This document shows positions 25,500-38,545 of a stretch of 64,000 nt of DNA, piece after piece. Source of the DNA: Octopus bimaculoides. Taxonomy: Eukaryota. The notes beneath the pieces are model-generated. The model was not told the origin of the DNA. It saw only the letters and a program-made list of their open reading frames with translations, and ran no database searches. Position numbers and translations under genes: made by a program. Position 1 is the first letter of the stretch. Each line of letters opens with the position of its first letter. The stretch spans positions 15,839,658 to 15,903,657 of the forward strand of contig NC_069005.1 of NCBI RefSeq assembly GCF_001194135.2. The letters run 5' to 3'.

Positions 25500-25850
25500 T
25501 TCTTTTACTTTTTACTTGTTTCACTTACTGGTCTGCAGCCACACTGAAGCAACAACTTGAAGGATTTTATTCAAACAAATCAATGCCAGTACTTATTCTT
25601 TTTGAAAGTCTGGTACTTATTCTGTCATTCTCTTTTGCCAAACTGCTAAGTTATGGGAATATACACAAATACAAACAGACACACACACACAGTGGGCTTC
25701 TTTTAGTACCTGTCTATCAAATCCACACACAAGGCTTTGGTTGGCCTGGGGCTGTAGTAAAAGACACTTGCCCAAAGTGCCATGTAGTGGGACTGAACCT
25801 GAAACTATCTGGCTGGGAAGTAAACTTTGTACCACACAACTACGCCTGAA
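25500..25850 (-). mobile_element. SINE family A
   Basis: Reverse complement of the family A body. Confidence 0.85.
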
Positions 25851-26219
25851 GGTTCTGACTTTTATATCATAGTGGCATTATCTTTTAATAATGATTTTCC
25901 CCGGTGGAAAAAATAAATACCAGTAATTGCATTGACATTAAATTCAGTCACTAAATCACTTCTCTTACAAAAAGATCCTCATTTAAAAATGATTGCACAA
26001 GGGAGAAAAAGTATTTTGTAGCTATTATATCCTTCATAACACAAACTCAAATTTTTTCTTCAAAAACATGTGACCAAAAATGTTTAAAATATGTGATTCA
26101 GGGAAAATTCAAACAATACATTTATTTCAAATGTACAAAAGGTTTAAAGAGATGAGTGAAATATTAAGGTAAAGTTTTGTTATGTGAAACCGGAAGAACA
26201 TGAATAAAGTGAGCATTAA

Positions 26220-26610
26220 GTCTTTTGCTACCATATTTCTGTTGAACACACTGCTTTTGTTTCAATTAAATTTGGAAGTAATAAAGAATTTAACCCTTTT
26301 ACACAGAAAGCAGATATCTCCACTCCAGATTATATTATCTTTAACTGCAGAAAGTAGTTTTATACACCAATCTATCTTTTGTTGAAGAATCTATTTTCTG
26401 ATGAGATATACTGGCTTTAACCCTTTTGTTACCACATTTGCATCAAATACACTACTTTTGCTTCAAGTAAAAATGAAAGTAATAAAGAATTTAACCCTTT
26501 TACACAGAAAGCAGATTTATCCTCTCAAAATTTTAATATCTTTAACAGCAGAAAGCAGTTTTTTATATATCAATCTATCTTTCGTTGAGGGAACTATTTT
26601 CAGATAAGTC
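26220..26610. repeat. Diverged ~200-bp tandem duplication
   Basis: gtaataaagaatttaacccttttacacagaaagcagat occurs at about 26278 and 26479; the flanks also align. Confidence 0.85.
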
Positions 26611-27384
26611 AAGTTTATTGAGGCATCAGGAGTTGCAGAAAATATCAGTTCTATTTTTGGTAGATATTTAACATCATCATTGGAATACCCATGAAATTTA
26701 ATTTTGCAGTGAAAGGGTTAAAGTAAAACAATGGTGTCATTATCAAACTGCTGTTTGGGATATAAACTGACATGAAATTTTGATGGAAGGTTTTAATTTA
26801 GTTCACTTCAAAGCATAAAGCTTGTGGTTAAGAAAAGAAGCAGTGTTATGTGCAACAAGATGCCAATTTATAAAAAACATTAAAAACAAAAAAACAGTTC
26901 AAAGGAAAATAAAAGTACAACCAACAACAAAATAGGACCACAAAAATAAGCTGTGAAAATGCTCCATGCAGTGCAATATGCGAACCCCCATTTACATAAA
27001 TTAAAAAATATGCAAAAGGTGAAGTAAAAAGCAATATGCCCTGTTAAAGTGGTATTTGCCTACTTCATGATTAACCAATCTCTATCTGTTACAGCCAGCC
27101 TTACATGGCTCTTCAATTATTTCAAATGTACTTCATTAGATAAAACAGGAGAAACTTGGTCTTTTAACAGATTCTCTTTTTTTGTTTTCCTTGTTTTTTT
27201 AATTTTTTTTATTGCTCTAAAAGGCAATATGACACTATCATTAGGTGAAAACCCTACCGCATAACAGCCTCAAAGCCAAGAACCTTCAAAACCAATAGCT
27301 GAGTCATAAACAACTGTAATGTAAATCAACTTAATGAAAATCAACATTTCATATGAAAGGTGTAACTGCTTCCCTCACTCATCC

Positions 27385-27606
27385 TTTATCTTTTACTTGT
27401 TTCAGTCATTAGGCTGTGGCCATGCTAGGGCACCAGCTTGAAGCATTTTAGTCAAGTGAATTGACCTCATTACTAATTTTTGTTTAAAAGCCTGGTGCTT
27501 ATTCTATTGGTCTTTTTGCCAAACTGCTAAGTTATGGGGATGTAAACAGACCAACACCAGTTGTCAAGTGGCAGTGGGGGACAAACAGACACAGACATAC
27601 ACACAG

Positions 27607-27677
<71 letters not shown>

Positions 27678-27830
27678 ATATATATACAATAAACAAGCTT
27701 CTGTTTACCAAATCCACTCACAATGGTTTGACAGGACCAAGACATTTGCCCAAGGTGCTATCCAGTGGGACTGAACCCAGAACCATGTGGTTGAGAAGCA
27801 AACTTCTTATCACACAGCCAGGCTTGTGCC
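27385..27830 (-). mobile_element. SINE family A, full length, with internal (AT)/(CA) microsatellite
   Basis: Reverse complement of the family A body. Confidence 0.9.
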
Positions 27831-27965
27831 TACTCGTCTTTTTTTTTTTAAGTGGCCTTTTTTAAATTCTGTCAGGCCATACTTATTTATCCCTGGCCAA
27901 CCAGTTTCACTCTCCTGTTGCGTCACATCGCAAGATAACTCCGAGAGCAAGCTTTAAAGACTCAC

Positions 27966-28136
27966 CAGTTGTTCGGTCTTCGAAGAGTCCTTAAGGAGGG
28001 AAATCTCTGATTGGAGCTCTTTGTTATTTTGTTCCAGCTCTGCCAACTGTTTAAATGATTGCTGAAGTTTCTCCTTTTGAATGTCAAAAGAAATATTAGT
28101 TTTTCCATTCTCTTGGGTGATGTCACAGGAATTCAC
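27966..28136 (-). CDS. Internal coiled-coil exon (VNSCDITQENGKTNISFDIQKEKLQQSFKQLAELEQNNKELQSEISLLKDSSKTEQL)
   Basis: Acceptor ttgctttgtatttctcacctgtag, donor CTG|gtgagt, 171 nt, phase 0-0, heptad-like L/E/K/Q pattern. Confidence 0.8.
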
Positions 28137-28418
28137 CTACAGGTGAGAAATACAAAGCAAGTTGGATATCAATGCAGTGAAATGAAAGGAAATGAAACAA
28201 GGCTTTTGGTAAGCAAGGAGGTGTGAAGGACATAATGATGGTGTGTAGAGTGTGTGTCTGAAATACAATTAATTTTCCATCTCAGTATTGCAGATGTAAA
28301 TTATATATACACATATACATACATATACATACATACATATAAATGTATGTATAAATGTATGTATATAAATGTATGTATGTATATCCATTACAGTCAATCT
28401 TATTTCATTCTATAATTG

Positions 28419-28506
28419 CCATCTCTGAAGAGTGCAGGGTTACATAATCGGGCTATTACCTAACACTCTAGTGAACTCCTAGTGTGAAACTAATTGGTAA
28501 TATTGG
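28419..28506 (+). ncRNA. Type I hammerhead motif, core intact, stems decayed
   Basis: atct-CTGAAGA (28425-31)-gtgcaggg...ctcctagtgt-GAAA (28486-89)-ctaattgg-TA-atat. Confidence 0.6.
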
Positions 28507-28823
28507 TTATAATGGATATATAACCACATAATGATTTATAAACATCTAATTATTAAAGTAGAAAAATTATCAAAGAAGCCATTCCTATTCAGTTTTTCAA
28601 ATATATAAAACTGTAACCAAAAACTTTCTATTTCTATATAAAGTATATATGCATAAGTTAGAGTCAACAGATGAGATCCAGAGATTCTCAATACAGAAAA
28701 CACTTAATAGCACTCAAATGATTTCGATTTACACTCTGAAACCTTTACTGAGGACCAAGTCCATGGAGTAAAGAGTTGCTATAAGAGGAATCCAGGTGAG
28801 CAGATATGGAGACAATAATGCAA

Positions 28824-29119
28824 ATAAACAAATAAAACTGTTTGGGTTTGATATGCAAAATATATATCCATGTAAAGAAAGTAAAGACTGAAAATTTATA
28901 TATCAATAGAGCAAACTTACACTGGGTACAAAGACACAAGAAATTAAAGGGAAGAATATATGGTGTTACATGTATGTGTAAATTTGTTCTGTTAATATAT
29001 AAATATCCATATATTTTTGTACTTGAGTATTCATTGTCTGAAAATTTCCAGTTTTTGCTTTCTCTTTATTTACATGTACATATATTTTGTATATCAAACC
29101 CAAGCAGTTTTATGTTTAT
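28824..29119. mobile_element. ~295-bp AT-rich foldback element
   Basis: aaaactgtttgggtttgatatgcaaaatatat pairs with atatattttgtatatcaaacccaagcagtttt. Inner pair: atttatatatcaatagagcaaacttacac with gtgtaaatttgttctgttaatatataaat. Confidence 0.75.
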
Positions 29120-30036
29120 ATATATAGAAAGCAGAAAATATACAGAGTATGTATATTTGTAAGTAGAAGGTGTAGAAGTAGTTGTTACTTAGCTTAAAGT
29201 CAGCCCTGATTATTAAACAAACACATGACCAAAGGTATTGCAGTCTTTTCCGCAAACAAAGTGCAACTAAGATGAACTAATGCAATGTGACAATTTTAAA
29301 AAAAAAACAACCATATAACATGAGATTTGGCTGCTTTCTCTAGCAAAATGAGCAACCATTCAGAAGCTCCCTCAATTAACTCAGAATAGTAAACTAGGCT
29401 AAATCTTCAGGTATAACACTCATTTATTTTTATCAAAATCAATATTACAATTAAGCGTATGTATAATAAAAGGTATCAGGTTATAAAGTTTACCACCCCC
29501 ACCCCATTTATGAAAAGAAAAAAAAAAGACAATGTAATAAGTCTTTGTAATATTTTAGATTATTCAGAAACCATTATTTTTTTATTGATTTTCTTTTTTT
29601 CATTATATATCAATATTTTATATAAAATGAAATATTAAAAGCTAATAGATGATAGTATTTTATTATTTATCTATTCAATCAATTTAAACATGCATGCAAA
29701 GGTGGTAAGCTATGACATACTGAGGAAGGTATCTAATAAACCTTTTATCAATATCATCATTTAACATCCATTTTCCATGCTGGCATGACTTGAACAGTCT
29801 GACAGAAGCTGGCATGCCAGAGAACTACACCAACCATTAAATATATATATACATGGTTCAAATGTACAAAAAATAATAGACAGGGACAGACAAGGGAACA
29901 ATAAACAAAGTATATTAGTTTGATGCTCAGGAAAATGGAAAAGTCATTGACATTTCAAGCCTATGCTCTTCGGCAGAAAGGGAAAAGGAAAGGAGAGAGA
30001 GAGAGAGAGAGGGAAAGGAGAGAGAGAGAGGGAAAG

Positions 30037-30074
<38 letters not shown>

Positions 30075-30163
30075 GAGATAGAGAGAGATTAATGATTTCA
30101 CATCATAAAATAAGCTTATATATATATATATATATATATCTCATATATAAAAAGATATATATA

Positions 30164-30876
30164 TTGGGTCATCTCATAAATGATGCGGCTTTTTTCAATT
30201 AAATGAACTAAAAGTTGGAGGGGTCAAGATAAAAGCGCAGTTTGATTTTAAATGGGTTCTCTATAAAAATGTCAAGCACCAAAGACAGGGGGTAAAGAAA
30301 GGAGAAACACCNNNNNNNNNNNNNNNNNNNNNNNNNNNNNNNNNNNNNNNNNNNNNNNNNNNNNNNNNNNNNNNNNNNNNNNNNNNNNNNNNNNCTTTTA
30401 AACCCAAACCAAGCAATAACAAAGGAAATCTACTGTGAGCAGCTTAAGTCAGCGCTAGAAGAAGAACAACCATCTTTGGTTTCAAGACGAAAGATATTCT
30501 TCCATCAGGATAATGCTCAGCCACATACAGTGAGGATGTCATTCCAAAAGTTGGAGCAGTTTGAATGGGAAACAATACCCCACCCACCATATTCGTCAGA
30601 TATTGTCCCATCTGATTATCATTTATTCTGCAGTCTTCAAAATCATTTGGATGGAAAAAGTATGAATTCTGTAGACGAGGTCAGAACAGTACTGGAGGAG
30701 TATTTTTCATCACAGACGAGTGAATTTTGGAAGAGGGGTCTTCCAAGTCTACCAGATAGATGGAAGAGCATTGTAGAAAATGAAGGATAGTATATTTTAG
30801 ATTCAAACAGAACTTCATTTATCTTAATTTTGAAAAATAGAAGTCCCAAAAACTGCATTATTTATGGGATGACACA

Positions 30877-30877
<1 letters not shown>
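30164..30877 (+). mobile_element. Internally deleted mariner, same family as 20997-22202
   Basis: Same TIRs; FFHQDNAQPH...HPPYSSDIVPSDYHLF; contains an N-gap at 30312-30394. Confidence 0.9.
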
Positions 30878-30907
<30 letters not shown>

Positions 30908-31208
30908 AAGATAGTTTGCATCTAAATTAATGACCAACTCTACATCATACAATGCAGAGTAGGTAAACAAAAAACTTTAAACAGTTATATTGAAGGATAT
31001 TAAAGTAAAAACCCTGAAAAAACTGCACTGGTATTATAGTAGGGTTGCAATTGCAACAGTTACTAATCGGTGCAGTTGAAACATGTGTAGGTCGATGTAA
31101 AGCTGCATATATAAAAAGAATTAAAGGTAATGCTATGCTACTTCACAATAATCCTTATTATTATTATTATTTTCATAATCCTTCTTATTACTATTATTAT
31201 TATTATTG

Positions 31209-31298
<90 letters not shown>

Positions 31299-31558
31299 TA
31301 CGTACAAGGATGAACTAATACAAAACCACAAAAACTAGAAAAAGAAAATAAGGGAGAAAAAGTTCAGATAAAGAAGTTCAATGTTGTTTTTGTTGTTCAA
31401 TCATGTTGTAGCTTCTATGAATTGTAAGATCTTATCTGTAACAAGTCCACATGGTTTCAGGTTCAGTCCCTTAGGAAAGTGTGTTCTACTATAGCCCCAG
31501 GTCGGCCAAAGCCTTATGGATGGATTTGGTAAGCAGAAACTGAAAGAAGCTTGTTGCA

Positions 31559-31611
<53 letters not shown>

Positions 31612-31859
31612 TTAGTGTCTCTTTACCATGACGTTATGTAATAGTTGTGAGTGAATGTCACTATCATGAAAGTATTATCCTTGTTTTCAATCCTTCATGG
31701 AAACATGTCTAGTCATGAAGAAATGTTTAGTTAGAAACAGGTGAGGGTTAGCAACAGAAGAGCATTCAGCTGTTGAAATATTTACAACAAATTCCATCCA
31801 ACTCATGCAAACATGAAAAAGTGGATAATTAAACTATATTATAGATCTATTAGAGACTG

Positions 31860-31926
31860 TCTTATCAATCAGTTTCAGACAGGATGTTAGGTAATCAGAC
31901 TATCTAATAATTGAACTCATCAGAGA
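31860..31926 (-). ncRNA. Hammerhead relic related to the 28.4-kb motif
   Basis: Minus strand reads ttgccatct-CTGATGA-gttcaa...tacctaacatcctgtct-GAAA-ctgattga-TA-aga. Confidence 0.5.
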
Positions 31927-32339
31927 TGGCAAATATGGCTATACAAGCCCTCTCTGACCAGCACAATTCTTAGATATGATAGAGATCTCTGAGAATAAAT
32001 TACAACACCAGCCTTGGTGGCCTTTTTAGGAACTTTTTAAAGATGTCACCTTTCTTTCTCACATTGGTTGTGTTTGCATTGGAACAAATAATGCTATAAG
32101 GTTTTATGATAAAATTCCACAAGAGCATAAAGGTGATTCCATACAACCTGTTTGTGATAGAATATAGTTCAAGGGAACATGGCCTGTCTCAAGCCAGTAA
32201 AATCTTAGTTAACCTTGCTCCAGTGTCTTATATCTTATGTACATTGATAGATATGATTGGGATAATAACTGTTGATTGACCAACTACAGGTTGTAAGCTG
32301 TGAAATTCTTACATTCTCTTGATTACCTGTAATTCAGAC

Positions 32340-32830
32340 CATCTTATGGTCACAGCAGACAAACTGGAAAAGGTGCTGCCCTGGAGGATGTCATGGGAGA
32401 TGCACTGGAACAGCCACTATGACTCACAGGGCTCAGACTGGCAGATAGCCATCTCTGCCCCAATAGCAGCGAACAGGGATATGATTCCAGGGGCCGAGTA
32501 AGCCACAAGCTCAACCATGAACCTGTCAGAAAGTGACTGATACTTTGACAGTTTGCTTTTCTGAGCCTGATAGGCAGTGGTGCCTGGGCTGGTAGCTGAA
32601 TACATCAAATTGCCATTGAGGGGCCTATCACCACAGAATGGGAAAATTGTCATACCATCAGGCCTTTTACCATCCCCTCGGCCTAGCCCTGCTGGTTTGA
32701 GCTAGGAAGGGAAGCCTACAACACCTAGGCCATGCTTCATGATTTTGTCAAGGGTAGTATGGCATGGAAAGTGGCCAGCACAACAATGGCGTGAAAATGG
32801 ATGGAGGCTAAAAGACTCCACAGTCAATCC
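32340..32830 (-). mobile_element. CRE-like non-LTR retrotransposon fragment (Zn-knuckle plus restriction-like endonuclease region)
   Basis: LKPAGLGRGDGKRPDGMTIFPF...PGTTAYQAQKSKLSKYQSLSDRF...LFQCISHDILQG matches the RPDG / K-x-x-KY RLE pattern. Confidence 0.75.
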
Positions 32831-33038
32831 ACAACAGCATTTGATTATCAGTAGATTATCTACACATGTAGCAGTTGTGTAATAGATGGTACCGTGAGCT
32901 TTTAAGACAATTTAGGCTCCAAAATTGTAATATGAATCATACACGAGGATATACTATACTTGTTGTCAAGTGGTGGTAGGCGGGGACAAACACAAACACA
33001 CACATATACATCTGGTAGATGGAAATTGAAAGAAGCCC

Positions 33039-33090
<52 letters not shown>

Positions 33091-35834
33091 GACACATGAT
33101 GGGCTTCTTTTAGGTTCCATCTACCAAATTTGCTCGTAAGGCTTTGGTCACCCTGGGACTAGAATAGAAAACATTTGCCCAAGGTGCAGAATAGTGAGGC
33201 TGAACCCAAAACCAGATGGTTGGGAAGTAAACTTACTGCATAGCCATGCCTGCATACACACACACACACACACACACTGGGTTTCCACACAGTTTCCATC
33301 AACCAGATTTACTCACAAGGCATATAGAGATTAAAGGGACTATAGCCCAGGCGTGTAAGTGAAGACAATTGTCCAAGGTGCTGTAAAGTGGAAGTGACCT
33401 CCAAAACCACATGGTCATGAAGCTTGTTAGCATGTGACGAAAAACTGATTCACTAATATTAGACTTCCTAATACCATTGAATCAGATACATTAATTTTAT
33501 TAAAATTTAACTGAAATGTTGCAATTAGAAATTCAATAAATCACAAAATAAATCAACAATAATATAAATGATATTATGTAAATATTTCTAAAAGTGCCAT
33601 GCAAGCAACAATTCTCTATTACATTTTATAGCAAGAGAGAATAGAAGATAGTCTCAAATGAGTTCATAAAAACAGAAAGATGGCAACGACCCAAAACATT
33701 TTGAAACTATTGATGCAGTTTTAACACCTAAACAGAACATGAAATTTTCTTTATTGATTTTGTTTTAACAAGAAGCTCACCTTATGCTTGTAATAGACAC
33801 AGAAGTCAATGAAAGGTTAAAAACTAGGAGTATTAAAATATTAGAACCAGGATCAATGTTAGTTGCTACATCATGTTTTTAAAGGAAAACAGCTTACACA
33901 GATCACGGAAAACATGTGGAGTCTGTTCTTTGTTTTCTTGTTATTTTCCAATATTTTTAATTGCTAGCATTACACCACAAATAAAGTGAATGAGTGAATA
34001 CATACAACACATACATGAATATCACAATCAACATTTAACTCTTTCACTTTCACCTTATTCTATCACAATTAATGCTCATTTATTCACATTGTTTTGAATT
34101 AATCATGCAATTATTTTGTAGCTTTGAGTTTTCAATGATGTGATTGTTTAATTTTTAGAATGACACTGTAGCATAAGTGCAAGAGGCAGGATCTGGCCAG
34201 TTTGAACAGGAAAAGTTGGAAGAATATTTTGACCAGATATGGCCAGTTTTAAATTCTTTGACCCTTTATTATTCACATTATTCTGTCAAAAGTAAACCTT
34301 ATTTATTCACATTGTTTTGAATTAATCATGCATCATCTTGTAGCTTTGAAATATATATGAGGTAACTGTTAATTTTTAGAATGATATTGTAGGGTTGCTG
34401 TAAGAGGCCAGATCTGGTCAGTTTGAACACAAAGCAGGGAGAATATTTTGGCCAGATACAGCTGGTTTAAATGCTAATGTTGGCATGGGTTGGATGATTT
34501 GACAGGATCTGATTGGCTCTAGGACTACATAGTGCTCCAGTGTCTCTTTGGAATAGTTTCTATACCTGGACATCCTTCCTAACACCAACCACTGCACAGT
34601 ATGTACTGGGTACCTTTATTATGCCTTCAGCAATAGTTAGGTTGCCATGCAGCTTGCAAAAACTATAAACCATGGAAAGAGGTACTTTAGGTTATCAATA
34701 AGACAGAGCAGGTTCCTTGCTATAGAGAAGATACATATTTACACACATTTTGGAATGTATGGAAGCACATTAGTATTATAAAAATAACACTGAGTAACAT
34801 AATTTTTGTCCTTGGGTAGCATCTGTTTTTTTGCTTACCCCTAGAAAATTTGAACAATGGCCAATATTTCCTTTAAACTTTACTTTGCTCAAATGTGTTT
34901 CCATTTGGACAACAAGAAGTAAACTACATTGTTGAGCTTATGATCCTTGTATTTATACTGTCATCTAAGTTACCAGAACATTCTAGAAATTCTCTAAACT
35001 TCTAGAAAATTCTGCTTCAACAACTAAGCACTGAATCTGTCTGAAATGTAATGGAATATAGGTCAGTTTCAAAATATTGAGGTCCAAGTCAGTAAAGTAA
35101 AGTTTGAAGGGAATAGTAGTCATTTCCTTTGATTTCTAGATAGAAACAGATAGGAAACTAGAAAAGCACTCGGAGAGCGCAGACCTCCACCAAGCAGCTC
35201 ATTTCCACCCATATACACGCATGCTGAAAATCACCCGATTTTCCAAACCAACGCCAGCAAAAACATAACCTCCTTGGTGGAGGTAAAAAAAAATAACACA
35301 GCCATATGATTGAAAAAAAAAAAAAAACTTTAAAAACAGGAATCATCTGAAGCAGTTATAATACACCACTCTTGTCACCATTATAACCACCGATACTATT
35401 TTATCCTCCTCCCATACTTATCTCGACCATCATCATCATCAACACTGTATCTGCTTTCACCACAATCACCATCAAACCTACGATCAACACAATCAGTTTC
35501 TTTACACAGTTGAAAATAAACCCATTATCTGATACTCTTGGGACTGAGATTGTTGCAGATTTTTGATTTTTCTAATTTCTGAGTGCTTTATTAAAAAAAA
35601 AAAAAAAATTTCATCTACAAAATGGAACAGTTTAAGGATAGAAACCAGGTCTAAACACAATAGCTTATAGACATACTCTGAATGTAGTTCTATATAAATC
35701 TTTAATAATTTTCTTTTATACTTAAGACCATTAGAAATGTTAAGATATCAGCCTCTACCCATGTTGTTATGCTTTGATTAAAAGGTTACAGCATAGATTA
35801 GATTACTTAGATAAGTTTCAGCTGAAGTTGACTC

Positions 35835-36212
35835 AGGCCTGGAAGAGATACACAGTCAGCTCTGGGGAACCGTAGCCCATTCAAGCAGAGGGTTGTTGCT
35901 TTCAGAGACATGTCTGGGTGTGGGTGGTTTATCTGGTATTTCCTCTTTTATGTGTGTCTGGCACGATGTTGAAGAGAGCAGGGCCAATTGAGGTGAAATA
36001 GTTCTGTCATAGTGTTGTGATACAACACAAACATTTCTGTAGTAGACGGATGGCACGGGGGCCAAGCCTCAGATGAATTTTAAAGATGGGCAATGTTGAT
36101 GGAATATTTTCCACATCATACAGATGATATAGAGCTCACAGCAATGGTGGAGGGAGCAAAGCCTGAGCTTTTTGAGTCAATCCCAATAGTTAAGGCTTGT
36201 CATGTCATCCTC
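35835..36212 (-). mobile_element. CR1/L2-group LINE 3' fragment
   Basis: YWD*LKKLRLCSL...YIICMMWKI...IPDKPPTPRHVSESNNPLLEWA, with frameshifts. Confidence 0.7.
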
Positions 36213-36592
36213 CGCAGACCTCCACCAAGCAGTTCATTGTAAGATAGATACGCGAGTAAAATTACTAATAGAGAAACGAAAATAAACTTTGGAAACAGCA
36301 ACGCCACCATAGGTTACGTGGAAACGATGAACGTGTTTGTTTTCAAGGGAGATAATCAAAGAACGTAACGTAATACTTCATGTAAAGGAAATATAACAAA
36401 TGAAAAATCTTTCAAGAATCCATAAAAATTCCCAGATCACTACCAAAATTTCATCATCTGTTCCTTGTGTAATTACCAACTATTCCTGCAAGTTTCATCA
36501 AATACTGTTCACAACTTTTTGAGTTATTTTGCACACAGACGGACAAACCAACGCTGATGAAAACATAACCTCCTTCCTTGGCAGAGGTAATT
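36212..36592 (+). mobile_element. HINE/Helentron-like element; shorter relative at 35177-35285
   Basis: Both share cgcagacctccaccaagcag at the start and aaaacataacctcctt...gaggtaa at the end. Confidence 0.55.
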
Positions 36593-36699
36593 ACACTTAC
36601 TGAGCAAAGACAAAAAAAAAGAAATTTTATTGTTACACAGTGTAATCTAAAACAAAAGGCTCCACAGAAAAGAACACAAGAATCTGTCATCTGGAAAGT

Positions 36700-37260
36700 A
36701 ACCATGTTTGCCATCATATCTAATGTGTACACAAGTACAAGGGATGTAGTGGGATTGCAGACAGACTTAACAGAAGGAAAATATTGTAACAGGTACGAAG
36801 AATTATCATTGAGAGCTCCAGTGAAATAAATTTTTTCAGATGCTCAGAGGAATCCATAGAAATAGTCGATAGCTTATGTTGCCTAGGTGACATAATCAGT
36901 TGTTAGGATGGTTGTTCTGAAAGTGTAGTCACCAGAGTAAGAACAGTTTCTATTGGTGACAGAGGAATTCTCTCTGCAAATGAAGGGCAGACAGCATGAT
37001 GTGTATATTCAAAGTGCAATGCTGAATGTTAGTGTGAAACATGGACACTGAATGCGAAGATGGGCAATGTCTGGAATGAAAGAGGCAAACATTTTTCCCT
37101 GGATGTGTAATATTGATTTCAAATTTTGGTACAAGGCTTTTAAAAAGCAAGTAACACAGACAGTCTTGAATATGGGGACAGTACAATATGGGTCAAAGGA
37201 TATTAACAGTCTAAGCCCACTCTTTAGTTGCTTGTATGCCATTAACTTACCCACTCAGCT
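36700..37260 (+). mobile_element. Older RTE LINE fragment, same family as 13560
   Basis: IEIVDSLCCLGDIIS...SESVVTRVR...SLQMKGR...SAML. Confidence 0.65.
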
Positions 37261-37704
37261 GCAACCTAGTATCAAAAGTTAATTTGATGGTATATAGGAT
37301 GCATGTTTTCTCCAAAAAAATATCTCATAAAAATCATTCAAGATCCTATCTGTAAAGTTGAGCCTTCCATAAGATTTAATAATTTAGCATTTAAACCGGC
37401 CATATCCAACCCAAATATTCTACTTGCTTTATGTTCAAACTGACTGGATCAAGCCCCTCACACCTATCTAACAATGTCATTCTAAAAATAAAACAATCTT
37501 GAAGCTATAAGATAATGCATGATAAATTCAAAATAATGTGAATAAATAAACATTACATTTGACAGTAATCTGAATGCTAAGCTTATGTTCTTGAATTAAG
37601 CACTGCTGAATTGGTGTCTAAATATTTCCCGGTTATTGAATCAATCGGATTACTTACTCATTGAATTTGCATACTAGTGGTTGAAATATTGCTAAGATGC
37701 ATGT

Positions 37705-38210
37705 ACATCATCATCATCATCATCATTATCATTTAACATTTGCTTTCCATGCTGACATCAGTTGGACAGCTTAACAGGAGCTGGCAAGCCAAAGGACGGC
37801 ACCAAGCACCACTGTCTGTTTTGACATGAAGTTTTGCAGTTGGATGCCCTTCCTAACACCAACCATTTTACAGAGTGAATTGGGTCCTTTTCATGTGGCA
37901 CCAGTGCTGGCAAGATCTGCTTTGGTATGGTTTTTATGGTTGGATGCCCTTCCTAACACCAAGCACCTTACAGACTGGGCTGAGTGCTTTTTACATGGCA
38001 CCAGCACCGACAAGGTCAGTTTTGGTATGGTCATTATGGTTGGAGACTCTTCCTAATGCTAACCACTTTACTGAGTACTTTTCATGTGGCACCAGCAATG
38101 GTATGGTCTATTTTGGTATGTTATTTTACAGATGGATGACCTTCCTAATGCCAACCACTTTACAGAATGCTTTTATGTGGCACCAGCACTGGCAAAGTCT
38201 GCTTTGGCAT
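37705..38210 (-). mobile_element. RTE-type 3' tail with about four ~110-bp internal tandem units
   Basis: (cat)n tail followed by repeated tggatg...ttcctaac/atgccaaccac...ttttatgtggcaccagc. Confidence 0.75.
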
Positions 38211-38545
38211 GGTTTAAACAGGAAGGAAATTCAACCATGCTTCGTGGTCTGCTACCACAAGAGCTCCTTTATAAGATCCAGTTAGCTGAAGACATCATCA
38301 GGAGGAACCACGTCCGGTTTCGGCCCCTACTCCTCTACCGTTTTGACATGGCGGGGCCCCTCCTTTCGGAGGTGTCTTCAGCTCTGGTGTTGGGTGCATG
38401 TCTTCTTTCACTGTTTGTGACTGTTCTAATTCAACTGTGGAATGTCCCTCGCTATGGTTATTTTCCAGGAGGTTCTGGCCACACGTCTTACGGTTCATCA
38501 ACCCGCGTTGTTGAATTACTTTCTTCTGACACAGTTATTCAAAGA
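38205..38545 (+). mobile_element. Gypsy integrase C-terminal fragment
   Basis: WFKQ...LYKIQLAEDIIRRNHVRFRP resembles the Y-x-V...RRNR-x-HLR motif; a downstream frame gives TRLTVHQPALLNY. Confidence 0.5.

Noticed and set aside
35856-36065. 69-aa ORF that looks like a host exon
   Set aside because: It is the frameshifted C-terminus of a CR1-like LINE ORF2.
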